NCBI GenBank assembly: GCA_963823555.1
Contig: CAWGMA010000003.1
Coordinates: forward strand, 288,001-352,000
From: Candidatus Eiseniibacteriota bacterium
GTDB taxonomy: Bacteria > Eisenbacteria > RBG-16-71-46 > CAVPCR01
Reading direction: 5' to 3'
Length of the DNA: 64,000 nucleotides
A program made the position numbers and the translations under genes. Numbering within the stretch: position 1 is the first letter of the stretch; every line of letters starts with the position of its first letter. The notes below the pieces were generated by a model. That model searched no databases. It was not told the DNA's origin and saw only the letters and a list, made by a program, of their open reading frames with translations. Shown piece after piece: positions 57,073 through 64,000 of this stretch.

Positions 57073-57753
57073 ATGAACGGAACGACGACGATCGAACGAG
57101 TCTACGTCTGGGAGTTCTCGGTTCGGCTCTACCACTGGGTGAACGCCCTGGCTGTGTTTGCGCTTGCCGTGACGGGCCTCATCATCGGCCGGCCGGTGAC
57201 CCTGCAGGTGGGCGGGGAGGCCTCATTCAGTTACTGGTTCGGCACGGTTCGCTTCATCCACTTCGTGGCCGGGTTCGTCTTCTTCTTCAACTTCCTCTTT
57301 CGTCTCTACTGGGGTTTCGTCGGCAACAAGTACGCGAAGTGGGACAACTTCATCATCCATCGCAAGAACCAGTTCAAGGAGATGGGCGAGGTGCTGAAGG
57401 TCGACATCTTGCAGGCGAAGATGCACCCGATGGAGTCGGTCGGGCATAACAGCCTGGCTGGGTTGACCTACTTCCTCACGTTCATCGTCTTCCTGTTCCA
57501 GGCGATCACTGGATTCGGCATGTACGCGGCGATGAGCAACTCCTGGTTCCCGAATCTTTTCGCCTGGATCGTGCCGTTGCTGGGCGGCGATTTCGCCGTC
57601 CGCCAGTGGCACCACCTGATGGTGTGGTTCTTCATCATCTTCAGCTTCATCCACGTCTACCTCGTGTTCTATCACGACTATGTGGAGGGCCGCGGCGTCA
57701 TCTCCTCGATGGCGGGCGGATGGAAGTTCATCGAGCGGCGCGTGCGCCGGTAG
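57073..57753 (+). CDS. hyaC: Ni/Fe-hydrogenase b-type cytochrome subunit
   Basis: YVWEFSVRLYHW, RFIHF, GHNSLA, WHH..W and HVY..GVISSM.GGWK motifs. Confidence 0.95.
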   Translation: MNGTTTIERVYVWEFSVRLYHWVNALAVFALAVTGLIIGRPVTLQVGGEASFSYWFGTVRFIHFVAGFVFFFNFLFRLYWGFVGNKYAKWDNFIIHRKNQFKEMGEVLKVDILQAKMHPMESVGHNSLAGLTYFLTFIVFLFQAITGFGMYAAMSNSWFPNLFAWIVPLLGGDFAVRQWHHLMVWFFIIFSFIHVYLVFYHDYVEGRGVISSMAGGWKFIERRVRR

Positions 57754-57800
57754 ACGGAGGCCGCACCTGGCGAGGCGGCGCGCACGAGAGGTGAGTGACG

Positions 57801-57827
57801 GGGGGCTCCGAATTCCGGGGCCCCCTT
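57801..57827. terminator. GC hairpin between convergent hyaC and the HNH gene
   Basis: GGGGGCTCCG-AATTC-CGGGGCCCCC followed by TT. Confidence 0.45.
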
Positions 57828-57845
57828 GGCATGTCCGCTTGCTCA

Positions 57846-60194
57846 TCACGCCGCCAACTGTTCGGTAGCGAGGTGTTGGTGGGTTCGACACCAGGTGTGC
57901 CAGCGGTCGATAGCGGCGCGGACTTGATGCTCCGAGGCGCGGCGGCCGTTGGTGTAGGAGACGAGGGCGTGGCGGGTCAGGGGGTGGATGCCGAGGCGGA
58001 AGGAGAGGGCCCAGGGGGCCCAGCCGCCGATCTCGATGGTGCCCTGGTGGAGGAGGGCGTGGTGGGCGCGGCAGAGGGTGACGAGGTTCCACCGGGCGTG
58101 AGGGCCGCCGCGGGAGCGGAACCAGAGGTGGTGGACCTCGAGGTGTTGCCGGGAGGTGCAGCCGGGCACGGCGCAGCGGTGGCGGTCGCGGCGGACGATG
58201 GGGTGGAGCCGGTGGTGTCGGCGCGCGGCGGGGGAGTCGTGCTCGAGGATGAAGTGGACGAGGAGGACCTCGAGGAAGGCCGAGTCGGGTGGGGAATCGG
58301 TGTGAGCGTGGGGCGCGAGGATCTGTCGGCAGCGGCGGAGGGCGCGGCGGAGGAGGGAGAGGACGTCGTGGGGAGCCCAGAAGCGGATGCGGGCGACGGG
58401 GCGGTCTGGGAGGAGGGGGAGAGCGTAGTCGAGGCCGCGGATGCGAGGTGGCTGGCGGCGGGAGAGGGGTGGCAGGGGCCAGCCGAGGGGCGGTGCGGCG
58501 GCGGTGAGCATGTCCGCCGCTGCCAACGCGTTCGTGATGGCAGGAGCGCGGCGGCGGCGATCTCGCGGCTCCGCTGCAAACGCGTTCGCGGCGGTGGTGT
58601 CGGCGACGCACTGGGCGTAGGTGCGCAAGATCGCAGGGTCGGCGCCGGGGAGCATGTAGAGGGCGGCGTGCTCGACGGTGCGCTCGATGTCGCGGGCGGA
58701 GAGCGCGCGGGCCCAGGCGACCCAGAGCGGCTCGGTGGAGGGGTGGACGACGCGGAGGAGGGAGCGGGTGGCGGTGTAGCCGAGGGAGCCGTCGAGATAG
58801 GCGCGGCGCAGCAGTCGGAAGCGGCGCAGGGCCCGAGAGAAGGCACTCAGGCTCTCGGCGTGGCGGCGGGTGAAGCCGAGGCGGTCCGCGCAGTACTGGT
58901 CGTAGGAGCGGGCGCCGAGGTGTTCCCAGGCGCGGGTGTGCTCGAGGCGGTCGAGGTGGCGGCCGAGCTCGAGGCGGAGCCGGCGCTTGCGGGTGATGAG
59001 CCGGGCGAGAACGGCGGCGAGCTCGAAGGGGTCGCCGGTGCTGCCGACTCGCTCCTCGGGGCCGAGAACCGGTGCGGGGGGCGCATGGGCTCCCGCGGCG
59101 GCGCGGGTGTCGGTCTCCGTGCTCTCTGACGGTGGGGACGCGCACGGCTGCGGCGCCCCGTCCCCCGGCGCGGGGAGGAAGGAGTAATCGAGACCGCTGG
59201 CGACGATGATGTCGAGGAGGCTCTGGCGGCGGGGCTTCTGGTTCATGAGCCGGCTGAGCGCAGCGACGCCCCGCTGGCGGCGGAACTCCGCTTCATGGCG
59301 CTGGGTGTCGGCGGGGTCCTCGTCGCCGACGCGGGCGAGGTAGTCGGCGGCGATCCACTCGGCGCACTGGTGGAGGGGAGCCTCGCGGCCGGCGGCCCTG
59401 CGCGCGGACTCGACGGCGACGGCCCACAGCTCGCTCGTGCGCGCGGGGACGGGCACCGACATCCAGTCGCCCTCCGCGGGAGCATCGGGGTCGAGGAGAT
59501 TCAAGCCCGGGCGGAGCTGGGCCTCGAGGCTCGACGACGCCGCGACGACATGTGGCGCCGCGTCGCTCGGTGCGGTAACGGTGTTGTCGGCGGTTGCGCC
59601 GGCAGGGGCAGGGGTCGTGACCTGCGGGGCCTCCACCCGCCGCCGCTCGAGCTCGGCCCGCACCGCGGCCCCGAGCTCGGTGACCGAGCACCCGGCAGCC
59701 CGCTCGATCCACACCCGGCGCTCGGCGGCCGCGGACTCCGCACCGAGGACCCGCATGAGAGGCCCGACCTTGGAGGCGTGGAGGTGGCCCTGGGCCCATG
59801 CGCGCTCGAGCTCGGGCACCGCACCCAGGGCGCGCCCGAGCTTCAACAGCTGCCGTGCCTTGCCCTCCTTGAGACCGAGCTGATCGTAGGCGTAGTCGAT
59901 GGCGCGCGCGTAGCCGAGAGGTCGAAACAGCTCCTGGTCCCAGACCCGGACCAGGCCGCGGGCGAGCTCGCGATCGAGAGCGAGGTGTGCCCCGGCGAGC
60001 GCGCGGGTGTCGCGATCGAGCTCGAAGGCGGCGCGGGTGACGGCGGCGAGCGCGGCGGCGGTGACCGGCTGGCCGCGGGTCGTGGTGACCGGCCGGCCGC
60101 GGGCGCCGATTGACGCGCCATCGGGCGGGCGATCGAGTGCGCATATCGCATTGCCTATCGGAGCGGTCATTGGGATCTCTCCGGCGAGTGCCAT
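57846..60194 (-). CDS. Large HNH endonuclease with two DUF222-like helical modules
   Basis: C-terminal RD..RCAVPGC....LEVHH..FRSRGG.....NLVTLC..HH..LH HNH/Zn motif, and two homologous N-terminal modules. Start is 60194 or 60170. Confidence 0.85.
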   Translation of the reverse strand: MALAGEIPMTAPIGNAICALDRPPDGASIGARGRPVTTTRGQPVTAAALAAVTRAAFELDRDTRALAGAHLALDRELARGLVRVWDQELFRPLGYARAIDYAYDQLGLKEGKARQLLKLGRALGAVPELERAWAQGHLHASKVGPLMRVLGAESAAAERRVWIERAAGCSVTELGAAVRAELERRRVEAPQVTTPAPAGATADNTVTAPSDAAPHVVAASSSLEAQLRPGLNLLDPDAPAEGDWMSVPVPARTSELWAVAVESARRAAGREAPLHQCAEWIAADYLARVGDEDPADTQRHEAEFRRQRGVAALSRLMNQKPRRQSLLDIIVASGLDYSFLPAPGDGAPQPCASPPSESTETDTRAAAGAHAPPAPVLGPEERVGSTGDPFELAAVLARLITRKRRLRLELGRHLDRLEHTRAWEHLGARSYDQYCADRLGFTRRHAESLSAFSRALRRFRLLRRAYLDGSLGYTATRSLLRVVHPSTEPLWVAWARALSARDIERTVEHAALYMLPGADPAILRTYAQCVADTTAANAFAAEPRDRRRRAPAITNALAAADMLTAAAPPLGWPLPPLSRRQPPRIRGLDYALPLLPDRPVARIRFWAPHDVLSLLRRALRRCRQILAPHAHTDSPPDSAFLEVLLVHFILEHDSPAARRHHRLHPIVRRDRHRCAVPGCTSRQHLEVHHLWFRSRGGPHARWNLVTLCRAHHALLHQGTIEIGGWAPWALSFRLGIHPLTRHALVSYTNGRRASEHQVRAAIDRWHTWCRTHQHLATEQLAA

Positions 60195-60540
60195 GTCCAC
60201 CGCTCCTGAGATCACGATGCGTGCCAGTCGCAGCGCTCCCCTAACTGATGATCACTGCGTTCATCCCCCGCTTACCACCCGCCACACACCGACAACGCCG
60301 TTCACACAACCGGCAACCGCGTTGACGCCACGGCAAACGTGCCCGTGGCAAGCTCAGTCTGCTGCCAGTCAGGGTCCGAGCGCGACAGCATCGCCGGGTG
60401 CGGCGTGCTACAGTCGAGGCGGTGACCCGGCCGCCGGCCGGGCGACCGTCAGGGCGAGCCCAAGCGCGAGCACCGCAGGGGTCCGACCAACGGAGTCCCT
60501 GGGCAGCGACCAAGCGCAGCAGATGGTGGGGTCCCGGGCC

Positions 60541-61050
60541 ATGGGGCAGCAACGAATCCTCGTACTCGGCATCGGCAACCTGCTCATGGGCGACGAGGGA
60601 GTCGGCGTTCATGCCGTGCGCCGCCTCCAGGGGCAAGCGCTCCCACCCGCCGTCGACGTCATCGATGGCGGCACCGGCGGCTTTCATCTGCTCTCCTTGC
60701 TCCAGGACTATCCGCTCGTCGTCATGATCGACGCGACGATGGACGGCAAACCACCTGGCACAGTGGCCGTCATCGAGCCGCGCTACGCCAGCGACTTCCC
60801 GCGCTCGCTCTCTGCCCACGACATCGGGCTCCGCGACCTCGTCGAATCCGCGGCATTGCTCGGCCCGCTACCCAAGATCCATCTCGTCACGGTCTCGATC
60901 CCGGGGCTGAACGGGCTCTCTCTCGATCTGTCACCGGCGGTCGCGGCCGCCGTGCCGCGGGTCATCGAGGTCACGTTCGACCTCGTCCGCGCCGAGTGTG
61001 CAGGGCGCGAACCGGCGGAGCCCCAATCCGGAGCGCACGAGGATGCATGA
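60541..61050 (+). CDS. hyaD: Hydrogenase maturation protease (HyaD/HybD)
   Basis: ILVLGIGNLLMGDEGVGV, IDGGT, IDA and SAHDIGL motifs. Confidence 0.94.
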   Translation: MGQQRILVLGIGNLLMGDEGVGVHAVRRLQGQALPPAVDVIDGGTGGFHLLSLLQDYPLVVMIDATMDGKPPGTVAVIEPRYASDFPRSLSAHDIGLRDLVESAALLGPLPKIHLVTVSIPGLNGLSLDLSPAVAAAVPRVIEVTFDLVRAECAGREPAEPQSGAHEDA

Positions 61051-61399
61051 ACTCGGCATCGCCCAGTCGATCCTCGGCATCGTCGAGGAGGCCGTGCCCG
61101 ACCCGGGAGATCGGGCCCGGCTCAAGAGCGTCCGCGTGCGCGTGGGCCGGCTCTCGGGCGTGCTCGCCGACTCGCTCGACTTCTGCTTCACCGCGCTGGT
61201 CGACGGGACGGCGCTGTCGGCGGCGCGGCTCGCCATCGAGGACGTTCCGGCCCGTATCACCTGCCGCAGCTGCAGCGCCGAGGCCGAGGTCGAGGATCTG
61301 GTCTTCGCCTGCCCATCCTGTGGCGGAACGCAAGTCAAGCTCGTCCAAGGTATGGAGCTCGCTGTCGTCGAGCTCGAACTGGCCGAGGGGGTGTCATGA
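61043..61399 (+). CDS. hypA: Hydrogenase nickel chaperone HypA
   Basis: MHELGIA start with CRSC and CPSCGG Zn motifs. Confidence 0.96.
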   Translation: MHELGIAQSILGIVEEAVPDPGDRARLKSVRVRVGRLSGVLADSLDFCFTALVDGTALSAARLAIEDVPARITCRSCSAEAEVEDLVFACPSCGGTQVKLVQGMELAVVELELAEGVS

Positions 61400-62064
61400 G
61401 TGTCATCACCATCGAACGCAAGGTGCTGGAGAAGAACGATGCCATCGCGCGCGCGAATCGCGAGCTCTTGGTGCAGAACCATATCTTCGCCGTCAATCTG
61501 GTGAGCTCGCCCGGGGCAGGCAAGACGAGCCTCGTCGAACGTACGCTCACAGAGCTCTCCGGCAAGCTCCGCGTGGGGGTCGTCGAAGGAGACGTGCAGA
61601 CCGATATCGATGCCCGTCGCATCGCGCGCTATGAGGTGCCCGTGGTGCAGATCGTCACCCACGGCGCCTGTCATCTCGAGGCGCAGCTGGTGCGCGACGC
61701 GCTCACCAATCTGGCCCTGGACCAGCTCGATTGCGTGATCATCGAGAACGTCGGGAACCTGGTGTGCCCGGCGAGCTTCGATCTGGGCGAAGCGATGAAG
61801 GTGGTCATCCTGAGCGTCACCGAGGGCGACGACAAGCCGCTCAAGTACCCGGCCATGTTCCGCCACGCCCGGGTCCTGGTCGTCAACAAGACCGATCTCC
61901 TGCCCTATCTGCCGTGCGACATCGGGGTGCTCAAACAGAACGCTCTCCAGATCAACCCCGAGCTTCGCATCCTCGAGACCTCGTGCACCACCGGCGCCGG
62001 GATCCAGGAGTGGGCAGGCTGGCTCGCAGCCGAGTGCGCGCGAAACACCTCTGGACACGCATGA
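61396..62064 (+). CDS. hypB: Hydrogenase nickel incorporation GTPase HypB
   Basis: SSPGAGKT, ACHLEA, ENVGNLVCPA, DDKPLKYP and NKTDL motifs. Confidence 0.97.
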   Translation: MSVITIERKVLEKNDAIARANRELLVQNHIFAVNLVSSPGAGKTSLVERTLTELSGKLRVGVVEGDVQTDIDARRIARYEVPVVQIVTHGACHLEAQLVRDALTNLALDQLDCVIIENVGNLVCPASFDLGEAMKVVILSVTEGDDKPLKYPAMFRHARVLVVNKTDLLPYLPCDIGVLKQNALQINPELRILETSCTTGAGIQEWAGWLAAECARNTSGHA

Positions 62065-64000
62065 CCGAACGCGTGCGCGTCACGGTCCGCGGAGCCGTGC
62101 AGGGCGTCGGCTTCCGGCCCTTCGTCTACCGCCTGGCGACCGAGCTCGGTCTCCGGGGCTGGGTGTTGAACGCGCCGGAAGGCGTGTTCATCGAGGTCGA
62201 GGGCGAGCGGGCCGGGCTCGATCGGTTCCTCCTGCGTCTTCCCGCCGAGAGTCCGCCGCGGGCTTCGATCCAGAGCCTCGAGTCGTCCTTCCTCGATGTC
62301 GCCGGGTATCCGGATTTCACCATCCGCGAGAGCGCCGGGACCGGGCCGCGCGTGACGGTCGTGCTTCCCGACATCGCCACCTGCGCCGACTGCCTCGCCG
62401 AGATCCTCGATCCCGCCGACCGGCGTTATCGTTATCCATTCACCAACTGCACGCATTGCGGACCTCGCTTCACGATCATCGAGGCCCTGCCCTACGACCG
62501 TCCGGCGACCTCGATGCGCGCCTTCGCGATGTGCGCGGACTGCCGTCGCGAGTACGAGGATCCGCGCGATCGCCGGTTCCACGCCCAGCCGATCGCCTGT
62601 CCAGTCTGTGGCCCCGGGCTCGCGCTGTGGGACCCGGCGGGCCGCAAGCAAGTCGCGGGTGATGAGGCGCTCGTCGCCGCAGCGCGAGCGATCGCCACCG
62701 GCGCCATCGTGGCGGTGAAGGGGCTGGGCGGCTACCATCTGATGGTCGATGCGCGCGACACGGCGGCTGTCGAACGGCTCCGCGCGCGCAAGCACCGGGA
62801 AGAGAAACCGTTCGCCCTGCTCTATCCGGATCTGGCGACGGTGCGCGCCGACTGCGTGGTGTCGCCGCTCGAGGAGCGGCTCCTCGAGTCTCCTGAAGCG
62901 CCGATCGTCCTCCTCGGCCGCCGCCCGGCCACGGCCGGCCGCACCTCAGCCGGCACCTCACCCGGCACCTCACCCGGCAACTCACCCCGCACCTCACCCC
63001 GCACCTCACCCGGCGTCTCATCCGCCGTGGCGCCGCGTAATCCCTACCTCGGCATCATGCTGCCGGCGAACCCGCTGCATCATCTCCTCATGCGTGAGAT
63101 CGCCCGACCCGTGGTCGCGACGAGCGGCAACCTCTCCGACGAGCCGATCTGCATCGACGAGAGGGAAGCGCTCGAGCGGCTGGGCGGCATCGCCGATCTC
63201 TTCCTCGTGCACGATCGCCCGATCGTGCGCCATGTGGACGACTCGATCGTACGCGTCGTGCTCGGTCGCGAGCTGGTGTTGCGTCGTGCCCGCGGCTATG
63301 CACCGCTGCCGCTCCGGCTGGCCAGCCCCGGACCGCCGCTCCTCGGCGTCGGCGCCCATCTCAAGAACACCGTGGCGCTCGCCGTGGACCGGAACATCTT
63401 CGTGAGCCAGCACATCGGCGACCTCGAGAACGACGCCGCCCTGGAGGCATTCCGGCGGAGCGTCGAGAGTCTGAGCAGGCTGTTTGCGACCTCGCCCACG
63501 GGAGTGGTCGCCGATCTGCATCCCGACTATCTCTCGACCCACTACGCCCGGTCGACCCGGTTGCCGCTGGTGCAGATCCAGCATCACCACGCTCATGTGG
63601 CCGCCTGCCTCGCGGAGAACGAGCTTTCCGGGGAAGTACTCGGTGTGTCCTGGGATGGCACCGGCTACGGCCCGGACGGCACGGTGTGGGGTGGGGAGTT
63701 CCTTCGCGGCGACGCGGCGGCGACCGAGCGCTTTGCCGCCTTCCGCTCCTTCCGCCTGCCGGGTGGCGAGCGTGCCGTGCGCGAACCGCGCCGCGCCGCG
63801 CTGGGCGCGCTCCACGAGCTCCTCGGCGACAGGGTCTTCGCCCGCGGCGAGCTGGCGCCGCTCCAGGCGTTCACGACCGAAGAGCTCGGGGTTCTCAGGC
63901 AGATGCTGGCCAGGGACGTCCAGTCTCCCCGCACCTCGAGCGCCGGCCGCCTGTTCGATGCGGCCGCCGCGCTCCTCGGTCTCCGCCAGGTCTCGCGCTT
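62061..64000 (+). CDS. hypF: Carbamoyltransferase HypF (3'-truncated by window; absent from the ORF track)
   Basis: ATG 62061 reads MTERVRVTVRGAVQGVGFRPFVYRLA, then CADC, YPFTNCTHCGPRF, RRFHAQPIACPVCGP, KGLGGYHL, TSGN, DLHPDY, QHHHAH and DGTGYG. No stop before the window end. Confidence 0.96.
   Translation, partial: MTERVRVTVRGAVQGVGFRPFVYRLATELGLRGWVLNAPEGVFIEVEGERAGLDRFLLRLPAESPPRASIQSLESSFLDVAGYPDFTIRESAGTGPRVTVVLPDIATCADCLAEILDPADRRYRYPFTNCTHCGPRFTIIEALPYDRPATSMRAFAMCADCRREYEDPRDRRFHAQPIACPVCGPGLALWDPAGRKQVAGDEALVAAARAIATGAIVAVKGLGGYHLMVDARDTAAVERLRARKHREEKPFALLYPDLATVRADCVVSPLEERLLESPEAPIVLLGRRPATAGRTSAGTSPGTSPGNSPRTSPRTSPGVSSAVAPRNPYLGIMLPANPLHHLLMREIARPVVATSGNLSDEPICIDEREALERLGGIADLFLVHDRPIVRHVDDSIVRVVLGRELVLRRARGYAPLPLRLASPGPPLLGVGAHLKNTVALAVDRNIFVSQHIGDLENDAALEAFRRSVESLSRLFATSPTGVVADLHPDYLSTHYARSTRLPLVQIQHHHAHVAACLAENELSGEVLGVSWDGTGYGPDGTVWGGEFLRGDAAATERFAAFRSFRLPGGERAVREPRRAALGALHELLGDRVFARGELAPLQAFTTEELGVLRQMLARDVQSPRTSSAGRLFDAAAALLGLRQVSR
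62940..63023 (+). repeat. Seven 12-bp tandem units inside hypF
   Basis: (c/g)gcacctcaccc-type units encoding RTSA-GTSP-GTSP-GNSP-RTSP-RTSP-GVSS. Confidence 0.9.

Noticed and set aside
60320..60360. c-di-GMP-I riboswitch (GGCAAAC seen)
   Set aside because: The following GNRA stem and the GACGCAAA/P2 elements are absent.
57754..60540. Classical IS element or group I/II intron around the HNH gene
   Set aside because: No transposase, reverse transcriptase, terminal inverted repeats or target-site duplication were seen, and the insertion is intergenic.
62940..63023. CRISPR array
   Set aside because: These are 12-bp tandem units without spacers, in frame inside hypF. No cas genes or repeat-spacer arrays were seen anywhere in the window.

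Overview
64 kb of high-GC bacterial chromosome, almost entirely coding. Several secreted proteins carry FlgD/T9SS-type C-terminal domains, which suggests an FCB-related lineage such as Ca. Eisenbacteria or Krumholzibacteriota (inference only). Housekeeping blocks: tilS-hpt-ftsH-folP-cdaA, thiL, htpX, a cold-shock gene, lipA-lpd-E1beta with a distant E2, maeB, gpmA and fbaB. Accessory blocks: (i) a translationally coupled dinB-DUF72-MrfA-like helicase-MrfB-like exonuclease operon with a palindrome inside its promoter; (ii) a TetR plus short BoxB-like di-iron epoxidase, divergent from an ALDH/enoyl-CoA hydratase/CoA-transferase/3-hydroxyacyl-CoA dehydrogenase operon; (iii) nikR-nikMN-Q-O with a perfect NikR-type operator; (iv) an O2-tolerant-type membrane-bound [NiFe]-hydrogenase operon under a sigma54 promoter, next to an activator with no sensory domain. 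The hydrogenase large-subunit gene has three +1 frameshifts, and the operon is interrupted by an antisense HNH nuclease gene with two DUF222-like modules. The strongest hidden feature is at 45171-45734. Two ORF-track fragments there join through an in-frame TGA in a UxxC motif followed by a SECIS-like hairpin, which points to an unannotated thioredoxin-fold seleno-lipoprotein. No rRNA, tRNA, CRISPR array or transposase was seen. All product calls come from motif recognition by eye; no database searches were run.
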